Of a DNA stretch of 38,890 nt, positions 1-8,689 are shown one piece after another. A program made the position numbers and the translations under genes. Every line of letters begins with the position of its first letter. The stretch's first letter is position 1. Under the pieces are notes generated by a model. It saw nothing but the letters and a program-made list of their open reading frames with translations, did no database searches and was not told where the DNA came from. The DNA is from an uncultured Aeromonadales bacterium (GTDB taxonomy: Bacteria; Pseudomonadota; Gammaproteobacteria; Enterobacterales; Succinivibrionaceae): positions 1 to 38,890 of the forward strand of contig CADBNP010000125.1 of the NCBI GenBank assembly GCA_902796095.1, in the 5' to 3' direction.

Positions 1-1842
1 AGTTACGGAGAAAATAATTATGCTCCGCAGCATCGTATGATGATTTTCTGGGATCATGGTGCAGGTCCTACCGGAGGCGTGGCTTATGATGAAAATTTCG
101 ATGATGATTTTCTTTCTCTGTCGGAGATAGATCATGCTTTTGGAAGAGTATTCGGCAAAAATTACAAGCCTTTTGAAATTATCGGATTTGATGCGTGTCT
201 GATGGCTTCGCTGAGCAGTGGCTATTTTATGACCAAGTGGGCACATGCCATGATCGCATCGGAGGAGACAGAGCCGGCTACGGGCTGGGATTATACTCCA
301 TGGATGAAAGCTCTGGAAAAAAAGCCGAACATGAGCATAAAAGAGCTTGGAAAACTTATAGTTGATACCTATCTTGAGTCATGCGACAGAGAGGGTGTTA
401 CTCTTTCCATGGTATCTCTTGACGAAGCAGCAAATATGGTGCTTGCCTATAACGAACTGGGAATGAAGCTGCTTAAATCTTTTTCGTCAAATACTAAAAT
501 TCTTACTGAGCTGGATCGAGCCTCTAAAAAGAGTCAGACTTACGGTTCTGTTGATCGTAAGAATCGCAGATTTTCTGATGTCATAGATTTGAAGTTGTAT
601 ACTAATGCTTTGTCTCATCTTGCACCAAACGAGGTTAAAAAGGTCAATGATGCGTTAGGCAGATATGTAATTTATAACGGAGTGGGCAAGTATATAAAGG
701 GTAACGGTGTTTCAGTTAATTATCCTGTCGGAAAGCTTGTTGAAAAATATAACGCTGCTTATCAGTACGCACTGCCTACTCCTTTTGGCATACTGTACGG
801 TTTTCAGACGAGAGCTCTGGATGAGAAGCGGCTTAGGAGTTTTGCTGCTACTGTAGATAAGGTTAACGACTACATGGAATGGGTCAGGGGATTCAGTAAA
901 TTTCCTGGTTACCTTGATAATTACGGCAAGCCTACATCCACTCAGCCATCGGGAGGCAGCGAACCAGGTTCCTTCCAGAGTCATCATCTGATTGCAAGCA
1001 ACATAGGAGACGGCGGCCTTATCGCTATGGCTCAGGCTAACCAGACTAATGCGAATGAGCAGCAGAGCGACATTAAGAAACTGGAAGATTTGAAGATAAC
1101 AGTAGCCAAAAACGGAGATTCTTTCGTTGTTGTTCCAGAGAATCTTATTGATACAATAAGTTCTGTTGAAATGGAGTTTTCCCTTGTTTTTCTGCCTGGA
1201 AAGGATTTTGAAAAAGGACTGATTGTTGATCTTGGTACTGATGCTCTCTGGACTGCAGACTGGGACAAGGGTAAATTTACAGATACGGTCAAGGGTGAGT
1301 GGCCGGCTCTTGACGGTCATGAGCTTCCAATCCGTATTACCGGTAATTCTGACGACTACATTACTTATGACTGTGATGTTAAAGTGAATGGTATCCCGCA
1401 TAACATGAGTATTGTATACAACAATGAAACAGGCAAATATTCGATTACCGGTATACAGAGAATCAACAGTAACGGAGTTCCGGATCGTACCGGTCGAGCA
1501 CTTAAGAACGGAGATGAAATAACTACCGTGTTCTATGCTGAAACACTGCTTGATGATGACGAGAAAGCTCCGCTGGATCTTGAAACATTTAAATACAAGA
1601 GTGACATGACCATAGAGGATGTGGAACTTGGAGAATCAAAGCTTGTGTATTATTTTGTATTCAAGGATTCATACGGTAATGAAGCTTCATCTGAAATGGT
1701 TGTTGCCGAGATTAACGATGAAGGTAATATGGAAGTGCAGACCTTCAGTGATTTTCTTGATGAGTATAAGGATTCTCTTTCCGGATCAGATGAAGACGAG
1801 GACGAGGATGATGAGGAATCTGATGATGAAGTCAGTGCCTGA
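1..1842 (+). CDS. Clostripain-family (MEROPS C11) cysteine peptidase, 5'-truncated by the window edge. It has a large C-terminal beta-rich extension and a poly-acidic tail.
   Basis: Frame 1 is open from nt 1, so the ORF-track Met at 37 is internal. The His motif IFWDHGAGP and the Cys motif IIGFDACLMAS are the C11 catalytic dyad signatures. The protein ends ...SGSDEDEDEDDEESDDEVSA, with a TGA stop at 1840-1842. Confidence 0.8.
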   Translation, partial: SYGENNYAPQHRMMIFWDHGAGPTGGVAYDENFDDDFLSLSEIDHAFGRVFGKNYKPFEIIGFDACLMASLSSGYFMTKWAHAMIASEETEPATGWDYTPWMKALEKKPNMSIKELGKLIVDTYLESCDREGVTLSMVSLDEAANMVLAYNELGMKLLKSFSSNTKILTELDRASKKSQTYGSVDRKNRRFSDVIDLKLYTNALSHLAPNEVKKVNDALGRYVIYNGVGKYIKGNGVSVNYPVGKLVEKYNAAYQYALPTPFGILYGFQTRALDEKRLRSFAATVDKVNDYMEWVRGFSKFPGYLDNYGKPTSTQPSGGSEPGSFQSHHLIASNIGDGGLIAMAQANQTNANEQQSDIKKLEDLKITVAKNGDSFVVVPENLIDTISSVEMEFSLVFLPGKDFEKGLIVDLGTDALWTADWDKGKFTDTVKGEWPALDGHELPIRITGNSDDYITYDCDVKVNGIPHNMSIVYNNETGKYSITGIQRINSNGVPDRTGRALKNGDEITTVFYAETLLDDDEKAPLDLETFKYKSDMTIEDVELGESKLVYYFVFKDSYGNEASSEMVVAEINDEGNMEVQTFSDFLDEYKDSLSGSDEDEDEDDEESDDEVSA

Positions 1843-1890
1843 AGCGCCTGTTCTCTAACAAAAGCAGTCTGAATCAGTCTGCAGAAATGT

Positions 1891-1941
1891 AAATACCGGA
1901 TCCTCTTTCACCTTTTCCGCGGATCCGGTATTTTGTTTTTT
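1891..1941. terminator. Bidirectional intrinsic terminator between the convergent C11 peptidase and hcp genes
   Basis: A perfect 13-bp inverted repeat, AAATACCGGATCC (1891-1903) / GGATCCGGTATTT (1921-1933), flanks a 17-nt loop. It is followed by TTTTGTTTTTT on the + strand and a T-rich tail on the - strand. Confidence 0.75.
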
Positions 1942-1968
1942 GTGACATCACTGTTAAAAAGTTCAGTA

Positions 1969-2448
1969 TTAAGCCTTCCAGTCGTCGGTAAACTCGATGT
2001 TGCCGTCAGTGTAGGACCATGTGATCTTGGAGTAGGTGAAGCTTACTGATTCCATATCGTGGTAAGGTTTGTTCTCCGGCAGGAATGTAGTCGGTGTGTT
2101 CTCTTTCATGGAGACGATAATTGCATCCTCAAGAGTGATCTTGTAGTACATTTCTTCCTCTCCGGTGTCCTTGATGCGGTAGAAGGTGAGCTCCACTGTT
2201 ACTCCCTCTCCCTTGCAGCAGGCTGCAAACAGTTTAGGTGATGCAACATCTTTTGCTTTCAGTGCTGTAAGCGGATGGTGGATCCTCTGTCCGGTAGGCA
2301 GACCGGTATGCACATCTCTTGGGATTTCAACCTCATGATCCATTCCGTATACCAGAATCTTGTCTTTCTTGTCACCGCCCTGATCGCATGAGCCCTTGAT
2401 TTCTCCCTGGTTCTTGCCTGTGACTTTCATGTACATTGTTAATGCCAT
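1969..2448 (-). CDS. hcp: Type VI secretion system tube protein Hcp (TssD), 159 aa
   Basis: The sequence MALTMYMKVTGKNQGEIKGSC...GLPTGQRIHHPL...ITLEDAIIVSM...SFTYSKITWSYTDGNIEFTDDWKA follows the Hcp family layout, including the GQR-H-P motif and the C-terminal ITW...DDW. I trimmed the ORF-track start (2538) to the ATG at 2448, which follows a GGAGG Shine-Dalgarno. Confidence 0.9.
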   Translation of the reverse strand: MALTMYMKVTGKNQGEIKGSCDQGGDKKDKILVYGMDHEVEIPRDVHTGLPTGQRIHHPLTALKAKDVASPKLFAACCKGEGVTVELTFYRIKDTGEEEMYYKITLEDAIIVSMKENTPTTFLPENKPYHDMESVSFTYSKITWSYTDGNIEFTDDWKA

Positions 2449-2651
2449 AATGAATACCTCCAATCTGGGTTCGTTTAAGTTCTGATAATCTTTAATTCCG
2501 TTCTGCTGTCCGTTCGGACTTTTCACCGGAACTTTCAAATCTTATCATCTTCTGTAGGGATAACTGACGGAAGAACAGGAGGTTACAGGATGGCAGATGA
2601 AATAGTGAATTTTGCATGCTTTGGAGGAAAGATCTTTGCAAGACGGCAATT

Positions 2652-2685
2652 CAGAAAAAATAAAGGAGAGTAAGAACTCTCCCTT
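2652..2685 (-). terminator. Intrinsic terminator downstream of the DUF805 gene, insulating hcp from it
   Basis: The minus-strand transcript reads GGGAGAG-uucuua-CUCUCC followed by UUUAUUUUUUCUG. The stem is 2665-2670 paired with 2677-2682. Confidence 0.6.
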
Positions 2686-2741
2686 ATAAATTTGACTGTT
2701 TCTGCTCCGGCGGATTATTCTGCCGGGAGCAGAGAGCCATA

Positions 2742-3083
2742 TCACTGGTAATTGTTAGGCTCTACAGGTTCCTTGATCCATAAAACAATCAGAATAATGA
2801 TACCGATAAGAGGGATCAGTCCAACCAGCTGAATCCAGCCGGTCTTGTTTATGTCATGCAGTCTTCTGCAACCAGCCGCGAGAGAAGGAATAAGAAGAGC
2901 AAGGCATGCAATTAACGATAAAATACTGCCTGCATCACCTATTGCCTGGGCGACAATATTTACAACTGAATTGATAACGAAGCATGCAAGATAGAACCAC
3001 CAGAATTCTGATCTTGATGCTCTGCCGTTAAAATTAGCGTATTTTTTAACCAAACATGTCGTTACAGCAGTTTTGAAATCCAT
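2742..3083 (-). CDS. DUF805 family inner-membrane protein (YhaH/YhaI-like)
   Basis: N-terminal F-GRASRSEFWWFYL and C-terminal RRLHDINKTGWIQLVGLIPLIGIIILIV match DUF805 signature blocks. There are three hydrophobic segments and an AAAGGAA Shine-Dalgarno. Confidence 0.85.
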   Translation of the reverse strand: MDFKTAVTTCLVKKYANFNGRASRSEFWWFYLACFVINSVVNIVAQAIGDAGSILSLIACLALLIPSLAAGCRRLHDINKTGWIQLVGLIPLIGIIILIVLWIKEPVEPNNYQ

Positions 3084-3230
3084 TTTTTTGTTCCTTTCTT
3101 AAATATTTACATAGAAGTAGAAGTTCACCGTTGAACAATCACAGAATAATCAAAGTTACCTGATGTAAAAATGAAAGTTATGCGATGAAACGTGTCCTTT
3201 TATATATAATCCGCACAATCTTACTTATTC

Positions 3231-4655
3231 TTATAATGAATAGTAAAGTTCAAATTCAAGAGGGTGCGGAGCCATCCTGATTCTGGTTACATCCTGCATC
3301 TTCAGCTCAATATATGAACTGATGAAATCCTCTGAGAACACCCCGCCTTTTGTGAGGAACTCGTGATCATCTCTGAGAGAATTCAGCGCCTCTTCAAGTG
3401 AGCCGCATACCTGCGGTACATTTGCAGCCTCCTCAGGTGGCAGATCATAAAGATTCTTATCAAGAGCCTCGCCAGGATTAATCTTGTTCTGTATACCGTC
3501 AAGACCGGCCATCAGCATGGCAGAGAATGCCAGATACGGATTAGCCATGCAGTCTGGGAATCTTACCTCGACTCTGGTAGCCTTCGGTGAAGATACCGCA
3601 GGTATACGTATTGAGGCGGAGCGGTTTGATGCCGAGTAGGCAAGCATTACCGGAGCTTCGAATCCAGGAACAAGTCGCTTGTAGGAATTGGTTGAAGGAT
3701 TTGTAAAAGCATTAAGAGCCTTGGCATGCTTGATTATTCCGCCGATGTAGTAGATGGCAATCTGCGAAAGTCCGCCGTAGCCGTCGCCGGCAAAAAGATT
3801 TTTTCCGTTCTTCCCCAGGGACTGGTTGCAGTGCATACCCGAACCGTTGTCTCCAAAAATTGGTTTCGGCATGAAGGTTGCTGTTTTATTGTGCTCATTG
3901 CAGACATTAGTGATGACATACTTGAGTTCCTGCAGTTCATCGGCCTTTTTTGTCAGAGTGTTGAATCTTGTTGCGATTTCATTCTGTCCGCCGGTGGCAA
4001 CCTCGTGGTGGTGAGCCTCGACCACCATCCCTATTTTTTCCAGTTCAATGCAGATGGCGGAGCGGAGATCCTGTGACGGATCTACCGGCGGAACGGGGAA
4101 ATAACCTCCCTTGACAAAAGTTCTGTGCCCCAGGTTTCCCTGCTTGTATTCAGTTCCGGAGTTCCACGCACCCTCTTCGGAATCAAGTTTGTAGAAGCAT
4201 CCGTTCATTTCGCTTGAAAAACGGACATCGTCAAATACAAAGAATTCAGGCTCAGGTCCGAATATTACATTGTCTGCAATTCCGGTGGATTTTAAGTATT
4301 CTTCAGCTCGTTTTGCTATAGATCTGGGATCGCGATCGTAACCGGACATTGTTTTTGGTTCAAGAATGTCGCAGCGGATAAATATGGTCGGATCCAGATA
4401 GAACGGATCTTCATGCCAGGAGGTTATATCCGGCATGAGCAGCATGTCAGATTTGTTTATTCCCTTCCAGCCTGCAATCGATGAACCGTCAAACATTTTG
4501 CCGTCTTCGAAGAAATCTTCGTTAATCTGGCTAACTGGCAGGGTAATATGATGTTCCTTTCCTTTGGTGTCTGTAAAACGCAGATCCAGGAACTTTATAT
4601 CCTTATCCTTTATTGTCTGCAAAAGCTCCTGTACCGAATCGTCAGCTTCTAGCAT
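3231..4655 (-). CDS. glnA: Glutamine synthetase type I
   Basis: The 474-aa protein is collinear with E. coli GlnA: [25 protein letters not shown] and the adenylylation-site context [17 protein letters not shown] Shine-Dalgarno precedes the start. Confidence 0.97.
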   Translation of the reverse strand: MLEADDSVQELLQTIKDKDIKFLDLRFTDTKGKEHHITLPVSQINEDFFEDGKMFDGSSIAGWKGINKSDMLLMPDITSWHEDPFYLDPTIFIRCDILEPKTMSGYDRDPRSIAKRAEEYLKSTGIADNVIFGPEPEFFVFDDVRFSSEMNGCFYKLDSEEGAWNSGTEYKQGNLGHRTFVKGGYFPVPPVDPSQDLRSAICIELEKIGMVVEAHHHEVATGGQNEIATRFNTLTKKADELQELKYVITNVCNEHNKTATFMPKPIFGDNGSGMHCNQSLGKNGKNLFAGDGYGGLSQIAIYYIGGIIKHAKALNAFTNPSTNSYKRLVPGFEAPVMLAYSASNRSASIRIPAVSSPKATRVEVRFPDCMANPYLAFSAMLMAGLDGIQNKINPGEALDKNLYDLPPEEAANVPQVCGSLEEALNSLRDDHEFLTKGGVFSEDFISSYIELKMQDVTRIRMAPHPLEFELYYSL

Positions 4656-5151
4656 GGTAAGTATCCTCCGGATTTGTTATAGGATTTTTTTTGTGGTGTC
4701 CACTCTGCCGTTCTTACAGGGCAAAAGTGTAAATAATTTCACCGTACCTGTTTTTGGACGGGCCTTGTAAAAACAGTTAACATACTGTAATTCTATACCT
4801 TTATCACATTTTTTGCCATAAATTACAACAGTCAGATAACTGCTTTGCCGGAATTATTCCGTACTGCTGGTTTCGATTGCTTTTTCTACCGAACTTCAGA
4901 CTGATAATGAGGCTCTTCTCAACAATCTTTGTTTGTTTTCAGGTATGATTTCTCTCGGTTCGGCGGCATCTGATTTGATGTCTCCGTCATTTGGATTTTG
5001 GGGCTTTGATTCTGTCGGTGCCGTACAAGTATCATTAATGATTTGCTATGAAGATCACACAATTAAGAGTAAAATACACACAATTTTGATTGATCATGCA
5101 GAGAATGGTCTGATTTGTTGGTAATAGACTACACGTCGAACAGAGGATTTT

Positions 5152-7002
5152 ATGTTAGATAAGCTTCGTAATATTGCGATAATAGCTCATGTTGACCATG
5201 GTAAAACTACACTGGTTGACAAACTTTTAAAGCAGTCTGGAACTCTTGATCGCGCCAATGCCGATCAGGAAAGAGTTATGGATTCAAACGATATTGAAAA
5301 AGAGCGCGGTATTACAATTCTGGCAAAGAATACAGCTATCAACTGGAATGGCTACCGTATCAACATTGTGGATACTCCGGGTCATGCTGATTTCGGCGGA
5401 GAGGTTGAACGTGTCATGTCCATGGTTGATTCCGTTCTTCTGCTTGTGGACGCTGTTGACGGACCTATGCCTCAGACTCGTTTTGTTACTCAGAAAGCCT
5501 TTGCTGCTGGACTTAAGCCGATAGTTGTTATCAACAAGATTGACCGCCCTGGTGCAAGACCTGACTGGGTTATAGATCAGGTTTTCGATCTGTTTGACAA
5601 TCTTGGTGCCAGTGATGAACAGCTTGATTTTCCGATTATTTATGCTTCAGCTCTTAATGGTACAGCCACACTGGATCTTAATGAACCGAAGGAGGACATG
5701 ACAGATCTGTTCCAGTCCATTATTGACTGCGTGTCTCCTCCTAAGGCGGATCCGGAGGGTTCGTTTCAGATGCAGATTTCCCAGCTTGACTACTCTTCAT
5801 ATGTGGGAGTCATTGGTGTCGGTCGCATTATGCGTGGAACAGCCAGAACAAATATGCCGGTGACTGTTGTCGGAGTGGACGGATCTACCAGGACAGGCCG
5901 AATCGGTCAGATTCTGGGATATCTCGGACTGCAGAGAAATGAGGTTGCAACTGCGGATGCCGGTGACATTGTGGCAATAACCGGTCTTGGTGAATTGAAG
6001 ATTTCAGATACGGTTTGCTCTTCCGACTGTGTTGAGGCACTGCCGCCGCTCACTGTTGACGAACCTACGGTGTCCATGACCTTCCAGGTGAATACTTCTC
6101 CGTTTGCGGGCCGGGAGGGTAAGTTTGTAACATCCAGAAATATTCTTGAAAGACTTCAGGAGGAACTGAAGCACAATGTGGCTCTCCGTGTTGAGATGAC
6201 GGAAGATACAGACAAGTTCAAGGTGTCGGGAAGAGGTGAACTTCATCTCAGTGTGCTTATTGAAAGCATGCGCCGTGAAGGCTACGAACTTGCGGTTTCA
6301 CGTCCGGAGGTTATTCTCAAGGAAATCGACGGCAAGAAGATGGAGCCTATCGAGAATCTTACTGTTGATGTGGATGAAGCCAGCCAGGGTGCTGTCATGC
6401 AGGCTCTTGGTGAAAGAAAGGCGGAGCTTGTCGATATGGTTCCTGACGGAAAGGGCAGAGTCCGTATAGACTATAAAATTCCATCCAGAGGCCTTATCGG
6501 TTTTCAGAGTGAATTCATGACGATGACTTCAGGCATGGGGCTGATTTATCATACCTTTGACAGCTACGGAGAATACCGCGGAGGTGATATCGGCTGCCGC
6601 AAGAACGGTGTTATGATTTCCAATGCAACAGGCAAGGCACTTGGTTATGCACTGTGGTATCTGCAGGATCGCGGATATCTGTTCATTGGTCATGCCGCAG
6701 AGGTTTACGAGGGACAGATTATCGGCGTTCACAACCGGGACAACGATCTTACTGTCAACTGTCTCAAGGGTAAGAAACTTACCAATGTGAGAGCATCCGG
6801 TACAGACGAGGCTATTGTCCTGGTCCCTCCTGTTATTTTATCTCTGGAGCAGGCTCTGGAATTCATTAATGATGATGAACTGGTTGAGGTTACTCCGCAG
6901 TCCATTCGCCTCAGAAAGAAGCATCTGACCGAGATTGATCGAATCAGAGCATTCCGCGGAGCACAGGGGCACAATCCGTCATCGCTGGAAATGAAGTCCT
7001 GA
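5152..7002 (+). CDS. typA: Translational GTPase TypA/BipA
   Basis: G-motifs AHVDHGKTT, DTPGHADF and NKID are present. The 616-aa protein is collinear with BipA and lies divergent to glnA, as in E. coli. An AGAGGA Shine-Dalgarno precedes the start. Confidence 0.97.
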   Translation: MLDKLRNIAIIAHVDHGKTTLVDKLLKQSGTLDRANADQERVMDSNDIEKERGITILAKNTAINWNGYRINIVDTPGHADFGGEVERVMSMVDSVLLLVDAVDGPMPQTRFVTQKAFAAGLKPIVVINKIDRPGARPDWVIDQVFDLFDNLGASDEQLDFPIIYASALNGTATLDLNEPKEDMTDLFQSIIDCVSPPKADPEGSFQMQISQLDYSSYVGVIGVGRIMRGTARTNMPVTVVGVDGSTRTGRIGQILGYLGLQRNEVATADAGDIVAITGLGELKISDTVCSSDCVEALPPLTVDEPTVSMTFQVNTSPFAGREGKFVTSRNILERLQEELKHNVALRVEMTEDTDKFKVSGRGELHLSVLIESMRREGYELAVSRPEVILKEIDGKKMEPIENLTVDVDEASQGAVMQALGERKAELVDMVPDGKGRVRIDYKIPSRGLIGFQSEFMTMTSGMGLIYHTFDSYGEYRGGDIGCRKNGVMISNATGKALGYALWYLQDRGYLFIGHAAEVYEGQIIGVHNRDNDLTVNCLKGKKLTNVRASGTDEAIVLVPPVILSLEQALEFINDDELVEVTPQSIRLRKKHLTEIDRIRAFRGAQGHNPSSLEMKS

Positions 7003-7048
7003 TCCATGTGATAATTTTTTCTTTTCAGAGAATGATTTTAATTTTTAG

Positions 7049-7083
7049 TCAGAGTCCCTTATGGCTCTGATTTTTGTTTTTTT
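7049..7083 (+). terminator. Intrinsic terminator after typA
   Basis: The stem is TCAGAG(T)CC / GGCTCTGA with a CTTAT loop, followed by TTTTTGTTTTTTT. It ends only 20 nt before the clcA ATG. Confidence 0.7.
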
Positions 7084-7103
7084 GTCTCTGTTCCTGGTGA
7101 AAA

Positions 7104-8489
7104 ATGGCTGCAGGAAAAATACGCAGGTTTGCCATACGGCGGATTATAAGGCGGTTTTTGAAGAAGGAAATAGTCCCGGGAAGAATTCTTGTTCTGGCTG
7201 CTTTTCTCGGGATCCTGACGGGACTGGTATGTGTGGTATTTCAGATAATTCCGGATTTGATTGCGATCTTCAGAATGGAGTGGTTCAGCCATACAGAAGA
7301 ATCAGCTGCGGATTATCTGATAATCTTTGTCACATCTGGATGTCTTGCCCTGTTTGCTCTGTTTCTGACCTTCAGATTTGCACCGGAGGCCGGCGGTTCC
7401 GGAATTCCTGAAATTGAAGGTGCTCTTGATCATCGCCGTCCTGTGAGATGGTGGAGGGTGCTGCCGGTAAAACTTGTTGGAGGTATTGCCTCGCTTGGTT
7501 CCGGCATGATCCTTGGTCGTGAGGGACCTTCGATTCAGATTGGCGGCAATCTGGGAAAAATGGTGGCGGATCTTGCTCTTCTCCCACGATTTCATTCAAT
7601 GGCACTTCTTGCTGCAGGCGGAGCCGCGGGACTTGCTGCAGCATTTAATGCTCCTCTTGCAGGTATTCTTTTCGTTCTGGAGGAGTTAAGACCTCAGTTT
7701 CGTTACAGTTTCCTTTCCGTAAATATTGTTGCTGTGACTGTTGTTACGGCAACAGTTACCCGTCGCTGTATTCTGGACAGTTCACCTGTTTTTTCGGATC
7801 TTCCTGTTTTCTCAACTCCTGATGTTTCTTCATATATCTGGTTTGCTGTACTTGGTCTTCTGGCCGGTGTTGTCGGAGTGTTCTTTAACAGATGTGTCGG
7901 AGCATTTCAGGATCTGTACCTGAAACTTCACGGCGGTCGTCTGGCGAAGGCTCTGCTGCTGATTTTTCCGGTGGCCGGATGCTTCGGTATCATATCCGTT
8001 GCAGCACCTGAAGCGGCGGGATCAGGTATGATGTACATTTCCGGATGGATCAACGGTGATAAAGGGATCCTGCTTCTTCTTGTTCTTCTTGCGGTGAGAA
8101 TACTCGGCATAATGCTGTGCTTCTGCAGCGGAATACCTGGAGGCATTTTTGCACCAAGTCTGGCTGTTGGTACTCTGCTGGGATCTCTTCTGGGAACTGT
8201 TCTGACAGCTCTTGATCTGCCGTTTGTTCCTGAATCGGGAATTCTTGCCATTACCGGCATGTGTGCCATTTTTGCGGCTTCAGTAAGAGCACCTGTTACC
8301 GGAATAGTTCTTGCCACTGAGATGACGAACAATTTTCAGTTCCTTCTTCCGATGATGATTACTACTCTGACAGCAACACTTCTGGCTCAGAAGCTGGGTG
8401 GAATTCCTATTTATACTCAGATTTTAAACCGTACTCTGAGGTTGTCAGCAAAGAAAGAGGATTTTAATAAGAACTCCATTTCCAGATGA
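7104..8489 (+). CDS. clcA: ClC-family H+/Cl- antiporter
   Basis: The selectivity and gating motifs GSGIPEIEG, GREGPSIQIGG and GIFAPSLAVG are present. The protein is collinear with E. coli ClcA from the basic N-terminus onward. Confidence 0.93.
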   Translation: MAAGKIRRFAIRRIIRRFLKKEIVPGRILVLAAFLGILTGLVCVVFQIIPDLIAIFRMEWFSHTEESAADYLIIFVTSGCLALFALFLTFRFAPEAGGSGIPEIEGALDHRRPVRWWRVLPVKLVGGIASLGSGMILGREGPSIQIGGNLGKMVADLALLPRFHSMALLAAGGAAGLAAAFNAPLAGILFVLEELRPQFRYSFLSVNIVAVTVVTATVTRRCILDSSPVFSDLPVFSTPDVSSYIWFAVLGLLAGVVGVFFNRCVGAFQDLYLKLHGGRLAKALLLIFPVAGCFGIISVAAPEAAGSGMMYISGWINGDKGILLLLVLLAVRILGIMLCFCSGIPGGIFAPSLAVGTLLGSLLGTVLTALDLPFVPESGILAITGMCAIFAASVRAPVTGIVLATEMTNNFQFLLPMMITTLTATLLAQKLGGIPIYTQILNRTLRLSAKKEDFNKNSISR

Positions 8490-8689
8490 ATTCTGCGTTT
8501 CTCCTGTTCTGTCGCTGATTTTTTTTCTTTAATTTGTGAATTTTTAAGAATTTTAGAATTGTAACTCCCCGTTTTTGTGATGAAACGTGCTGACTGCTGA
8601 TACAATACAATTGTTCTTTGTGTGCAGTTTTCACGAGTTTCTGCGAATAACGAATATTAGAAGTTAAATTTGAGATATCGGAATATTCT

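Noticed and set aside
712-1401. Long antisense or alternate-frame ORFs inside well-supported genes, for example 712-1401(-), 7928-8332(-), 13874-14374(+), 18439-18834(+), 22930-23295(+), 28548-28973(+) and 31385-31780(+)
   Set aside because: Each lies entirely within, or shadows, a gene with strong motif support on the other strand or frame. They have low-complexity or Ser/Leu/Arg-rich shadow-ORF composition.
2545-2745. A 66-aa minus-strand ORF upstream of hcp
   Set aside because: It spans the DUF805 terminator hairpin and overlaps the DUF805 stop. The composition is random-looking, so it is spurious.
4803-4818. A sigma54-like element on the minus strand upstream of glnA: TGGCAA-AAAAT-GTGAT
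   Set aside because: The -24 GG is present with correct spacing, but the near-invariant -12 GC reads GA. I saw no NtrC-type sites nearby. It needs a PWM scan and is not reportable as a promoter.
4933-5124. A 63-aa plus-strand ORF in the glnA/typA intergenic region
   Set aside because: There is no Shine-Dalgarno, the start is non-canonical, there is no family resemblance, and it sits where the typA promoter must be.
7003-7103. A possible fluoride (crcB-motif) riboswitch upstream of the ClC gene
   Set aside because: The spacer is occupied by the typA terminator, and I see none of the conserved crcB-motif segments. The ClC protein has canonical chloride-type GSGIPE/GREGP motifs rather than the fluoride-clade variants.
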